A stretch of DNA of 64,000 nt from an uncultured Verrucomicrobiota bacterium (GTDB lineage: Bacteria; Auribacterota; JABMQX01). Below, piece after piece: positions 52,445 through 61,327 of this stretch (positions within the stretch are counted from its first letter, which is position 1; each line of letters begins with the position of its first letter). Location of the stretch: NCBI GenBank assembly GCA_964482435.1, contig CAYZXL010000002.1, forward strand, positions 19,083 through 83,082, read 5' to 3'. Under the pieces are notes generated by a model that was not told where the DNA came from, did no database searches, and saw nothing but the letters and a program-made list of their open reading frames with translations. The position numbers were made by a program, and so were the translations under genes.

Positions 52445-55400
52445 TCATTCGTCGGTGCTGTGCACCTCTACCAGTTGATGCCCTCGTGGGGGCACATGCA
52501 CCGACAAGGTGATTTCATCCCCTTTGACCAGCGCTGTCGCGCCCTCGACCCGAGCAGCCCCCTGAGCCAGGCCGACATCCGCTAACCTGAATCGAATCTC
52601 GCGTTCCAGCTCCACGTCCTCAAGGTTGAAGACATTTAGCACGCAGCGTCCTTCGCCAGGCAGGGTATGGGCGTGAACCATCTCCTCCAGCCCATAGAAA
52701 ACTCCCTGCGTGTAGAAGCGCTTCAGGCGCAGGTACGCGCGCATACCCCGTTTGTGAGCTTCCCACACCTTGGGGTCGGGGTGTTTGCCTCCTATGCCCA
52801 AGTGCCGGCAGGTGCTGGCGTACCACCAGAACATCAGCGCATTGGGGTTATCCTTACGCAAGTCAATGTGCAGGTAAATCGGGATACTGTAGGCGAGATT
52901 GACGTAATACAGACTCAGGGCCCGTCCGCTGTACAGGTCGCTCATCGGGTCCCACATGTATTCGTAACCCCACAACTCGTCGAAATCGCCCGCTGTGCCG
53001 TGCAGGAAATACGTCGGGGCATAGCGCACGTTCACGCCTGCTACAACGGGGTCGTGTTGCTCGATCAGCACGCTGGGGCAGGCCTCGTGCACCATCCGAG
53101 CGAGCCGCCGGTAGGCATCGCAGTGCTCCTGACGGGTTAGCGGGAGCGCGTGGCCGTGCGATTTGTCCCAGCACTCGCCGGTGAAGGCGCTGCCGTCGAA
53201 CATGAGAAAGACCGCCCCCCTGCGGCTTAACTCAATCAGTCGGCTCGCTTTTGTCTCAATGTAGGCCGGCGCCGCGCTGCACAGCGCGTTCAGTCGCTCG
53301 CCTTCCCGATTCATCCGGCGAGCCTCGACGGGATAGGCGTTCACGTCGCTCCAGCCGGCAAGCGGCGTGTGGAGAGCGAGCGATAGCCCGAACTTCTCCT
53401 TGAGCAACTTGACGAAGTCCTCCTGCGGTCCGAGACGACTGGCGTCCCACACCGACGAAGCAAAGGAGGTGTCCCAGCCGGGGTCGAGGTACAACGCTTC
53501 GCACCCGAACTCTCGGGCTTTCTCCGCTTCCACCAACATGTCTGCTTGCCGGTAAAACTGGGCGCGACGCTCGGTGCTGTCCGGCCCCCACCACAGGGGG
53601 TTGTCGTATAGCTCGTTCCAGTGCACGGGCGGGTTGTAACCCGGCGGCACGCAGTGCCCCTGGGCCTCCATGAAGCGGCGGAATGCATAAGCCGCTTCCC
53701 TCCATCCGCCATCCACGACCTGGTAGCGGGTCACGCCGAAGGTAAAGGACGCGCCCGGCTCAAGACGGGCCGCTTCCTCCGGGTCGCCCTGCTTCCACCG
53801 GCCAGCGCCTCCGAAGCGCAGGACCATCTCCGGTTGCGAGAGACCTTCTCCCGTCCGCCAGGACGGTTCTAACAGAGACCACTCCATCGCGTCGGGGTGA
53901 TGCTTGATGACCAGCAAAGTGCTGGCGCCCCGGCACCAGGCCCAGCCCTCCGAGCCGTAGGCCGCGGTTTCGAGTCGCGGCTGCCACGGAAGACTGTACC
54001 CGCCGCTCCGCCAAACAAGCTCGGACATACCGTATTCGCACAGTTCTCCCGTCTCCGGGTCGCGACGATAGGGGATCGCGCTGAAGCGGCTATCGGGAGT
54101 ATCCGGAAGCCATCCCCGCTCATCATACAACCGCTTCGCCATCCCGCAGGTGAATCCCCCGGTCTCCAGTGAGACGCTGCCTGTATTGCGCAGGCGAATC
54201 CTCTCCGTCAGCGTATTGGGCTCCTTCGCAGGGGCCGTCCAGGCGTGCTCGACCTCCATCGCCCCGAGCTGCACAGTGAACGTCGCGCTCTCACTCCCGT
54301 CTGACCCTTTTTCTAATACCGGCGGTCCAACCAGCGAAGGCTTTTTTCCCTCCGGCCAGAAATAGTCGGCATCGGCGTACGTCTTGCCGGTCGCAACATC
54401 GCGCATCAGACGGGGGTTCAGACCTTCCTTCGTCGAGATTAGCAGCTCCAGTCGCCCGTTGGAAAGGCATGCTTCTCCTGTGTTCGTGTCGAACTGAAGC
54501 GACGGACCGCGTTCTGTGGTGAGGTGTTTCGGTGCCGTCGGCGTGCGTGACGTCCTCGACTCCTCGACGGGTAAGGCTCGCCAGTATAGTTGAGCGAGGT
54601 CGAACCGGGCGCCAGCATCTCCGGCACGCCATCCCAGCACGCCGTCCGGGGTTGGTGGGTGGAGCACCGAGCGGCGCAGAATCTCGCCGCCCGAATTTCT
54701 CACCTCGACGACCGTTTTGGTCGCCCGGTGACGGATATGCAAGCGAACCCATGTCGGCGGCAACGGCGCGGCGGTCGTCTCGACGCGGCAAAGGGGAGTT
54801 TCGGTGACGCGAATTTGTCCGCCATCCCGTGCTGCATGCATCTCCAATGCCCAGACCGCCCCTCGGGCTCCGGCAGGCAGTTCGTAGCCAATTGTGCAGG
54901 TTCCCCCATGCAGCCGCACGGCCAGTTCCACTTCGAAACCATGAGCTGGCAGAGAAAAGTCAGTTGTGAGCGCGCCTTGAGGCAGGAGCATGACCCGTGC
55001 GCCCTCCTTCTCAGTCAGGACGATGCCTCCCTTCGCTCGGAGGTGTTCTGACGTGATCGCCCGGAAGTCGTCCGGCGCCGATGAGCTGGGCGGCGGTGTC
55101 CATTCAGCACTCTTCCATTCCAGCAATGCCAGGGCGTCGTATGCAACCCAACTGCCGCCGCGCAGCACCAGCGTCAATTCGTTGGCACCCACACGCAGAC
55201 CCGCCGCTGGCACCGGCACAAGAAACAACCGCGGTGAACTCTGCCGAATGTCCCCGAAATAAGCACGGCCATTGCCCAGGGGCATGCGCTCTCGCCAGAC
55301 AACCATTCCGTTCAGACCGACCTCCAGGACAGAGGCAAACTGCTCGTGAGTGTCCGTCAGCGCCACAAGCAGCGCAAGGGCGCCCGCTTTCACCTCGGTC

Positions 55401-55714
55401 AACTGAAACTGGACCACGAAGGGCACCTCGGCATGTCCGCCCCACGCTGTGTCCTTCTCGCTGGGGTGGATGAAGGGAAAATCCGCGGGGCGGCTCCGGC
55501 CAACCTTGAAAACGACCCGTTCGCCAAATCGCTGGGCGAACTCGCGTGCCCGGTCGGGAGCGAGTGCAAACTCCGTCGGCTTCCCGTCAAGCTGGCCGAT
55601 CTGCCAGAGTATGCTCACGTCATCACGCTGCTGAAGCCAGTCGGGGAGAACGTTGACCGGCGCCCACTGCGCCCATCCGATGCTACTGAGTAACAATATC
55701 GCTGCCACACTCAT
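52445..55714 (-). CDS. Large secreted multidomain protein, putative glycoside hydrolase (alpha-galactosidase/GH36-like TIM barrel in the C-terminal half)
   Basis: 1089-aa ORF with a signal peptide MSVAAILLLSSIGWA. The C-terminal half contains CEALYLDPGWD, GLSLALHTPLAGW and FLMFDG, reminiscent of clan GH-D barrels. This assignment is tentative. Confidence 0.5.
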   Translation of the reverse strand: MSVAAILLLSSIGWAQWAPVNVLPDWLQQRDDVSILWQIGQLDGKPTEFALAPDRAREFAQRFGERVVFKVGRSRPADFPFIHPSEKDTAWGGHAEVPFVVQFQLTEVKAGALALLVALTDTHEQFASVLEVGLNGMVVWRERMPLGNGRAYFGDIRQSSPRLFLVPVPAAGLRVGANELTLVLRGGSWVAYDALALLEWKSAEWTPPPSSSAPDDFRAITSEHLRAKGGIVLTEKEGARVMLLPQGALTTDFSLPAHGFEVELAVRLHGGTCTIGYELPAGARGAVWALEMHAARDGGQIRVTETPLCRVETTAAPLPPTWVRLHIRHRATKTVVEVRNSGGEILRRSVLHPPTPDGVLGWRAGDAGARFDLAQLYWRALPVEESRTSRTPTAPKHLTTERGPSLQFDTNTGEACLSNGRLELLISTKEGLNPRLMRDVATGKTYADADYFWPEGKKPSLVGPPVLEKGSDGSESATFTVQLGAMEVEHAWTAPAKEPNTLTERIRLRNTGSVSLETGGFTCGMAKRLYDERGWLPDTPDSRFSAIPYRRDPETGELCEYGMSELVWRSGGYSLPWQPRLETAAYGSEGWAWCRGASTLLVIKHHPDAMEWSLLEPSWRTGEGLSQPEMVLRFGGAGRWKQGDPEEAARLEPGASFTFGVTRYQVVDGGWREAAYAFRRFMEAQGHCVPPGYNPPVHWNELYDNPLWWGPDSTERRAQFYRQADMLVEAEKAREFGCEALYLDPGWDTSFASSVWDASRLGPQEDFVKLLKEKFGLSLALHTPLAGWSDVNAYPVEARRMNREGERLNALCSAAPAYIETKASRLIELSRRGAVFLMFDGSAFTGECWDKSHGHALPLTRQEHCDAYRRLARMVHEACPSVLIEQHDPVVAGVNVRYAPTYFLHGTAGDFDELWGYEYMWDPMSDLYSGRALSLYYVNLAYSIPIYLHIDLRKDNPNALMFWWYASTCRHLGIGGKHPDPKVWEAHKRGMRAYLRLKRFYTQGVFYGLEEMVHAHTLPGEGRCVLNVFNLEDVELEREIRFRLADVGLAQGAARVEGATALVKGDEITLSVHVPPRGHQLVEVHSTDE

Positions 55715-55961
55715 AGGGTTTCTCCGCTCGTGTTCAGTATGTCCCTATTCGACAGAAAACACGTTTGATGTTAGCAGAACGGGCCTCGAAGAATCGTGGG
55801 AAAAAGGTCACCTTGCAGGAAAAGGTCAAGGTGCCTGGAAACTGCAACTGTGGAAGAAAGTCATCGAAACCAATCAGCAAGTTTCCACGAACACGGCGCG
55901 GCATCAAAAAAGAGCCTCCGGCAGACAAGACTCGTCCGATTCGTTCTGCCGGAGGTAATCA

Positions 55962-56047
55962 CTGGCTCCCCAGGCCTGGCTCGCGCCATGCCGTCGGGGT
56001 GGTTAATCCCGCCTTCGCCGGGACTCTGCCAACTGGGAATCTATCTC
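55962..56047 (-). pseudogene. Degenerate tRNA-Asn-like relic
   Basis: The minus strand reads ...CAGTTGGCAGAGTCCCGGCGAAGGCGGGATTAACCACCCCGACGGCATGGCGCGAGCCAGGCCTGGGGAGCCAG. It aligns with the intact tRNA-Asn at 59465..59537 in three regions: the D-loop (CAGTTGGTAGAG), the anticodon loop (GTTAACCACC versus ATTAACCACC) and the T-arm/acceptor (GGTTCGAGTCCGGCCCGGGGAG versus GGCGCGAGCCAGGCCTGGGGAG). It carries insertions, and its 5' acceptor strand is degenerate. Confidence 0.45.
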
Positions 56048-56164
56048 CTCGGCCGCCCTGGCGGTTGCCTCAGCGTGTCGCGCTTTGTGTCAGCGCCATC
56101 CATCCTTGTGTGCTTCGTCAGATCCTCCCTGTGCTAAGTTCGTCTTCGTCAGCACCCTGAAAGG

Positions 56165-56839
56165 TCATTTCGGGCAGTTCTTGAGGACCATGAACCAGTC
56201 AAGAACCTTTGTGTCGGCGGCCGGCTTTTCAACTCGTTCCTTGGCGGTGCCACAGGAACCAGGCGGGGGCACAATGACGTCTTCGCCAGGCTTCCAGTTT
56301 GCGGGCGTCGCCACCTTGTGCTGGTCGGATAGCTGCACCGCTACCAGCAACCGTTTGATCTCGTCCATGTTGCGCCCGTTGCTGAGCGGGTAATACAGAA
56401 TCGCCCTGACTACGGCCTGGGGATCGATAATGAAGACCGCTCGTACGGCCTGCGTCGTGCTGGCCGCGGGCTGGAGCATGCCAAACGCCTTGGACACCTC
56501 CATCTTAAGATCACTGATAACGGGGAAGGTTACCTCGACGCCTTTCATGCCCTTGAACTCGATCTTCTCCCTAATGGTCCTCAACCATGCGATGTGGCTG
56601 TACGTGCTATCAATGGACAAGCCGAGGAGTTTGCAGTTCAGCTTCTCAAACTCCGGCTGCATGGACGCAAAGGTCATGAACTCAGTTGTGCAAACCGGGG
56701 TGAAGTCGGCTGGGTGGGAGAAGAAGACCACCCACTTGCCCCTGTAGTCTTCCGGGAAGTTGATTGGTCCCTGCGTGGTTTCCGCCTTGAACGAGGGAGC
56801 CTTTTCGCCGATCAAGGGAAGTCTATTTTCCTGTTCCAT
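56165..56839 (-). CDS. 1-Cys peroxiredoxin (Prx6-type)
   Basis: 224-aa ORF with the FFSHPADFTPVCTTEF active-site motif. Confidence 0.9.
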   Translation of the reverse strand: MEQENRLPLIGEKAPSFKAETTQGPINFPEDYRGKWVVFFSHPADFTPVCTTEFMTFASMQPEFEKLNCKLLGLSIDSTYSHIAWLRTIREKIEFKGMKGVEVTFPVISDLKMEVSKAFGMLQPAASTTQAVRAVFIIDPQAVVRAILYYPLSNGRNMDEIKRLLVAVQLSDQHKVATPANWKPGEDVIVPPPGSCGTAKERVEKPAADTKVLDWFMVLKNCPK

Positions 56840-56905
56840 CTGCTTGTTTCTCCTTTCATGTTTAAGTGATCACGAACGTTCGCGTTCTGCCCATACACCC
56901 GCAAC

Positions 56906-58417
56906 TCACTTCATCGTTGCCTGGACGCGCTCCTCCTGCGACATGGCGGCAAGCCGCTTGACTTCTTCCAGATTAAGGCCCAGGCCATTGCCGACGCGCC
57001 GGCCATAGTCCGCGTCCGCTTTGTAGAACAGGGCTGTTTGCCGGAGCTGGATGCGCTTCTGCGCATTCTTCAGGTGCGAGAGAATGTTACTCACCAGGTG
57101 CTCTCGATCCGTGTCGGTCATGACTTTGCGATAGAGATCGCCCGCCTGCACGAAGTCCACGTCGCCAAGCTTGTACGCGTGGCGGGCTGCCGTGCCGGAC
57201 ACTTCGATCGGCGGAGGAGCCACCTCGGGGTCCGGAGCTGGACCTCCGAAGCTGTTTGGCCAGTAATTGGGTCCGCCCCCACCGTTGTTGTCAAACCGCA
57301 TGGAGCCGTCCCGCTGATAGCTACTCATGGGGCACGCCTTCGGAGCATTGACCGGAAGCAGGTGGTAGTTCGGGCCAAGCCTGTGCCGGTGAGTATCATG
57401 GTAGCTGAATAGGCGGCCTTGCAGCATTTTGTCTGGAGACGGGCCAATTCCCGGAACGAAATTCGCGGGCGAGAAGGCGGATTGTTCCACATCGGCAAAA
57501 TAGTTCTCCGGATTCCGATTCAGAACCAATCGGCCCACGTTCATGGGTCGGAAGTCCGCATGCGGCCAGACCTTGGTAATGTCGAAAGGATCGAATCGGT
57601 AGCTCCTCGCCTGCTCCGGTGTCATGATCTGAACCTCGAGCCGCCAGGAAGGGTAATCACCTTTCGCAATTGCCTCATACAGGTCGCGGGTGGCACAGTC
57701 CGGATCGATGCCGCGCATGCGTTCTGCTTCCTCGCCGGTGAAGTTCCGAATCCCCTGCTCGGTCTTGAAGTGGAGCTGCACCCAGTAGTATTCTCGTTTT
57801 TCGTTGTACCACATGTAGGTATGGCTGCTGTACCCGTTCATATGGCGGTAGCTTCTGGGCGTGCCGCGATCCGAAAACAGGATGGTCACCTGATGGATGG
57901 ATTCCGGAGTCAGGGACAGGAAGTCCCAGAACATATCCGCGTCCTTGAGATTGGTCGCTGGATTGCGTTTCTGGGTGTGAATGAAGTCTGGAAACTTCAA
58001 CGGGTCCCGGATAAAGAACACCGGGGTGTTGTTGCCCACCATGTCGTAGTTCCCCTCCTCGGTATAAAATTTCAGAGCGAACCCCCGGGGATCTCGCTCC
58101 GAGTCCGCGGATCCTCTCTCGCCGCCCACTGTGGAGAACCGCGCGAAGACCTCGGTTTTCTTTCCCACTTTCGAGAGAAACTTGGCTCTCGTGTACCTGG
58201 TGACGTCGTGGGTCACCTCGAAGTAACCGTAGGCGCCCGCTCCTTTGGCGTGCACCACTCGTTCGGGAATCCGCTCGCGGTCGAAATGGGCCAACTTCTC
58301 GGTCAGGTGCACATCCTGGATGAGCACTGGTCCCTTCGGGCCGGCGGTCACGGAGTTCAGGTCATTGTCAACCGGCATCCCAAAGCCGGTGGTCAGAGTT
58401 TTCTTTTCTTTTCCCAC
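56906..58417 (-). CDS. katA: Monofunctional heme catalase
   Basis: 503-aa ORF with [18 protein letters not shown], a [22 protein letters not shown]-type context and the proximal-Tyr region [14 protein letters not shown]. Confidence 0.95.
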   Translation of the reverse strand: MGKEKKTLTTGFGMPVDNDLNSVTAGPKGPVLIQDVHLTEKLAHFDRERIPERVVHAKGAGAYGYFEVTHDVTRYTRAKFLSKVGKKTEVFARFSTVGGERGSADSERDPRGFALKFYTEEGNYDMVGNNTPVFFIRDPLKFPDFIHTQKRNPATNLKDADMFWDFLSLTPESIHQVTILFSDRGTPRSYRHMNGYSSHTYMWYNEKREYYWVQLHFKTEQGIRNFTGEEAERMRGIDPDCATRDLYEAIAKGDYPSWRLEVQIMTPEQARSYRFDPFDITKVWPHADFRPMNVGRLVLNRNPENYFADVEQSAFSPANFVPGIGPSPDKMLQGRLFSYHDTHRHRLGPNYHLLPVNAPKACPMSSYQRDGSMRFDNNGGGGPNYWPNSFGGPAPDPEVAPPPIEVSGTAARHAYKLGDVDFVQAGDLYRKVMTDTDREHLVSNILSHLKNAQKRIQLRQTALFYKADADYGRRVGNGLGLNLEEVKRLAAMSQEERVQATMK

Positions 58418-58446
58418 AGTAGCCTCCTTCTAAAAACGGTTTTTTC

Positions 58447-58905
58447 CTAAGCACTCCCTTTTTTCTTCCTGCATCGCAAACAAACGCCTCTTATCTGCAC
58501 TTGCGTTTTTTCCACGGTACCCAATTCCCTGACACTCTCTGGAATCCTCAATTGATCCAAATCGGCGCTGTAGAAGTCGCGGGTCATACCACAAGTCAAG
58601 CACACGAAATGATGGTGCGACCTCATGTTCGCGTCAAACCTTGCTCTTTCCCGAGATGCTCCGAGAGTGGTTATCAGCCCGAGGTCAACAAGCAACCATA
58701 GTGTGCGATACACTGTGTCCAGCGATACTGGAGGAACTCTCGCGCGAACCCCTTTGTAAATCCTCTCCGCATCAGGGTGCTTGCTGGATTTTGCCACTTC
58801 CCGGAAAATCTCCATACGCTGGTAGGTTATTTTGACCCCGGACCGCTTCAGCACCTCTTTGAAGTGGTTTATTCGTTGCTTCAGTTGTTCTGCCGAAATT
58901 TTCAT
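58447..58905 (-). CDS. perR: Fur family transcriptional regulator, PerR-like
   Basis: Trimmed to the ATG at 58905, preceded by GGGAGAA at 6-nt spacing. It has a winged-helix N-domain, an HHHFVCLTCG motif and a CLRC second Cys pair. Its position directly upstream of catalase and peroxiredoxin supports a PerR role. Confidence 0.8.
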   Translation of the reverse strand: MKISAEQLKQRINHFKEVLKRSGVKITYQRMEIFREVAKSSKHPDAERIYKGVRARVPPVSLDTVYRTLWLLVDLGLITTLGASRERARFDANMRSHHHFVCLTCGMTRDFYSADLDQLRIPESVRELGTVEKTQVQIRGVCLRCRKKKGSA

Positions 58906-59046
58906 CTCGGATTCTCCCGATTCTTGAATCATTCCGAAATAAGAATCTACCTCGATCTGGTTCCTGTGTCAAGTACATTCTTCAATGGGCCCCAATCGCT
59001 CGCTCTCGGCTGCACAGCACAAGAGCCTCCCGACAGTCCGCACTGT

Positions 59047-59097
59047 CATCTGCGTGCATCTGCGTTCATCTGCGGTTCCTCCCTCCCCATCCGCAGA
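59047..59097. repeat. Three tandem CATCTGCG(T/G) repeats plus one inverted copy
   Basis: catctgcgt lies at 59047..59055 and at 59057..59065, and catctgcgg at 59067..59075. The inverted ccgcaga lies at 59091..59097. The cluster sits 140-190 nt upstream of the perR start. Confidence 0.6.
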
Positions 59098-59423
59098 CCT
59101 CAGAGTCCGCCAGCCCCCGACTGGTGGGCTTTGCAGACACCCGCAGAGTGGATCGGCAGCATGCACGAGTGCAACCGGGCTGCCAAACAAGGCGACTCGA
59201 AAAACGCAGAACGGGAGAATTTGGAAAGGGCATTTTCGGTAGGCGCGCGCGACACCCACGGTTGCACCCCGACCCCGTGCAGACCGGTTCCAAGCAGAGA
59301 ATCGGGAAAGATGCGCAGGACGCCCCAACTCGGCGACATTGCGGCGGAAACGACAAGACCCATGGGGATCACCCAACGGGGTCTCACGTTAAACTTGAAC
59401 CGCCAAAGTCGGCCGATTGAAAT

Positions 59424-59463
59424 CTGGCTCCCCGGGCGGGACTCTGCCAACTGAAGTCTATAT
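59424..59463 (-). repeat. Mini tRNA-like fragment (deletion derivative of the 55962..56047 relic)
   Basis: The minus strand reads ATATAGACTTCAGTTGGCAGAGTCCCG-CCCGGGGAGCCAG. This corresponds to the 5' D-arm part and the 3' acceptor part of the relic at 55962..56047 joined directly. It starts 2 nt after the 3' end of the intact tRNA-Asn. Confidence 0.5.
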
Positions 59464-59464
59464 G

Positions 59465-59537
59465 CTCCCCGGGCCGGACTCGAACCAGCGACATGGTGGT
59501 TAACAGCCACCCGCTCTACCAACTGAGCTACCGGGGA
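59465..59537 (-). tRNA. tRNA-Asn: tRNA-Asn (anticodon GTT)
   Basis: The minus strand reads TCCCCGGTAGCTCAGTTGGTAGAGCGGGTGGCTGTTAACCACCATGTCGCTGGTTCGAGTCCGGCCCGGGGAG. It folds with a 7-bp acceptor, a 4-bp D stem, a 5-bp anticodon stem with loop CTGTTAA, a 5-nt variable loop and a T-arm with TTCGAGT. No CCA is encoded. Confidence 0.95.
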
Positions 59538-59583
59538 ATCATTTCAAAACACCCTCGCCGCTCAATCCGCCCCCTTTGCCCGT

Positions 59584-59985
59584 TCAATGCACCTTCGGAT
59601 TTCGCGGCACGAAAACGTTTTTCCCCTTGAGATGAAAGCTCAACTGCCTCGTCAGCTCCCCTTGTTCTTCGACACCTGCATCAGCTTCCCCTAACGCCGA
59701 GAAATAGAAAACCAGCAGGTCCGTCATCCGCTGGAGAACATCCTCAAGCGACCGTCCCCGACACGCCACCCCAGCTTCCGGACAATACGCCTGGTACTCT
59801 TCGTCTCCCTGCCCTCGAACTTCAATCTTGATTTGCACCGGACTCCTCTCAAACCATGCCGAAAAGTCGGCCACCTCCGAAGCACGCCGGGCCAACTTCT
59901 TTTGACTTGTTCTCTTCCGTGCCGCCAGAGCTGCCGAAAGCTCCGCATGCCTTTCTGTATAAAGCAACAGCCGCCTTTTCGACAA
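59584..59985 (-). CDS. Hypothetical protein (weak HicB/UPF0150-like resemblance)
   Basis: 133-aa ORF. The segment IKIEVRGQGDEEYQAYCPEAGVACRGRSLEDVLQRMTDLL loosely resembles the HicB N-terminal fold. No partner gene is visible. Confidence 0.4.
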   Translation of the reverse strand: MSKRRLLLYTERHAELSAALAARKRTSQKKLARRASEVADFSAWFERSPVQIKIEVRGQGDEEYQAYCPEAGVACRGRSLEDVLQRMTDLLVFYFSALGEADAGVEEQGELTRQLSFHLKGKNVFVPRNPKVH

Positions 59986-60124
59986 CTCAATTATTTGCTA
60001 CCAAATTGCCGTTCCCAAGTCAAGACCTATTCACGTCATATCAAGACCTGCCCCTCCGTTAGCCTCCAGAATCCGATGACCTGCCAAGAGACCCCAAAAA
60101 ACCGCCGCGTGCCCTTCCCCAGAA

Positions 60125-61051
60125 TTACCCCTTCCGCCGTCTGAGACTGTCGAACAGGACCGCCCCGATCACCACGACCCCAAACACAACCTTCTGCCAC
60201 TGCTCACTCACCTGCCGAATCACCAGCCCCTCCTTCAAAACACCCATTATGAGTGCGCCAATGAACGTGCCAATCACCGTTCCTTCTCCCCCGGAAAGGC
60301 TCGTCCCGCCGATAATCACCGCCGCGATCGCATAAAGCTCGAACCCTTCCCCGGCGAGCGAACTGCCCGTCAAGAGCTTCGTCCAGTAGATGATCCCTCC
60401 GATCCCTGCGGTTATCCCGCAAAGCACGAAAGCCATAATCTGCACACGGGCAACAGGAATCCCCGAATAGCGTGCCGCCTGGGCATTTCCCCCGACCGCA
60501 TAAACGTACCGCCCGAATCTGAATGAGCTTAACACAAAGTGCGCCACAAGCATCGTTGCTATCGGAAGAACCAGCCGCACGGCAAGCAGAGCGCCAAAAT
60601 CCCCCTTCGTACCGATCGTCTGTCCACGCGAAATAACGTAAGCCAAACCCCAGCATATCATGTACATCCCAAGGGTCGTGATGAAGGACGGGATCTTTCC
60701 CTTCACCGTTATGATGCCGTTCAGGAAACCGACGAGCGTCCCCGCCAAAATCGTCGCAGAAGTCGCAAGAGCCAGATTTCCGGTCGCGTTCAGCACTATG
60801 ACAAAAAGAACGTTGCACAGAGCGAGTGCACGCCCGACGGAAAGGTCAATCCCCCCGACGAGGATTGCGAACGTCATCCCCGTCCCCAGAACGATGTTGA
60901 AGGTGCAGTAATCGAGCATCACAAGAAGGTTGCCCTTCCCCAGAAGAATCGGAACCCCATTCTCGTCCTTCGGGCTGAGGGCTGCCAGAATCCCGAAAAT
61001 GACCACAAGCCCAATGGCCAGATTTATGATATTTGCATACTGACTTCTCAT
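60125..61051 (-). CDS. ABC transporter permease, RbsC/BPD_transp_2-type (sugar)
   Basis: 308-aa ORF with about 8-9 TM segments. Sequence such as GGIDLSVG and GGTSLSGGEGTVIGTFIGALIMGVL is typical of ribose/xylose-type ABC permeases. Confidence 0.85.
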   Translation of the reverse strand: MRSQYANIINLAIGLVVIFGILAALSPKDENGVPILLGKGNLLVMLDYCTFNIVLGTGMTFAILVGGIDLSVGRALALCNVLFVIVLNATGNLALATSATILAGTLVGFLNGIITVKGKIPSFITTLGMYMICWGLAYVISRGQTIGTKGDFGALLAVRLVLPIATMLVAHFVLSSFRFGRYVYAVGGNAQAARYSGIPVARVQIMAFVLCGITAGIGGIIYWTKLLTGSSLAGEGFELYAIAAVIIGGTSLSGGEGTVIGTFIGALIMGVLKEGLVIRQVSEQWQKVVFGVVVIGAVLFDSLRRRKG

Positions 61052-61187
61052 CCCTGTTCACTCCGCTTATGGGAGTCGCTGCCAGGGTTTCGCACGCACC
61101 TGACTTAGTACACGTGTTCGCAAATACAGTGACGAACCAGACGCGCCCGCGCGACGCGGGGGAACCTCTTCTGAGCGGCACTGTGTC

Positions 61188-61327
61188 CTGCCGGGCTTCA
61201 GCCGGCAGTTTCCCTTAGCCACCGTCTTCAGGCGGTGGCATCAGAGTCGCGCGACTTCCAATCTGGAGCCGGCTTTAGCCGGGCTTCTTGATGACGGGAT
61301 TCATCCCAAAAATACGTCACCGTATTT
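61188..61327 (-). other. Cluster of stem-loops in the long spacer upstream of the ABC permease
   Basis: Five hairpins are present, given here as plus-strand sequence:
- 61188..61208: ctgccgg-gcttcag-ccggcag
- 61218..61239: a 9-bp stem with a ttca loop
- 61269..61282: ccggc-ttta-gccgg
- 61297..61308: ggga-ttca-tccc
- 61310..61327: aaatacg-tcac-cgtattt, which on the minus strand is followed by UUUUU and is therefore terminator-like
There is also a 12-nt palindrome, agtcgcgcgact, at 61245..61256. Confidence 0.4.

Noticed and set aside
59100-59522. A 140-aa minus-strand ORF, and other track ORFs in 58969..59454, overlapping the tRNA-Asn and the perR upstream region.
   Set aside because: This ORF runs through the tRNA gene itself, and the ORFs in this region mutually overlap in different frames. 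None has motifs or a Shine-Dalgarno sequence. They were treated as non-coding.
55962-59537. Calling the tRNA-flanked perR-kat-prx block an active mobile element or genomic island.
   Set aside because: No integrase, recombinase, transposase or excisionase is present inside or beside the block, and one repeat is heavily degenerate. Only a relic of an old tRNA-targeted insertion can be supported.
61060-61300. Cobalamin-riboswitch-like string UAAGGGAAACUGCCGGCUGAAGCCCGGCAGGACACAGUGCC upstream of the ABC permease.
   Set aside because: The GGGAA element followed by a hairpin resembles the B12 core only superficially. The conserved loop (AAUCC), the CCCGC-ACUGU junction and a properly placed B12 box are all absent. 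In addition, an RbsC-type permease is not a cobalamin transporter.
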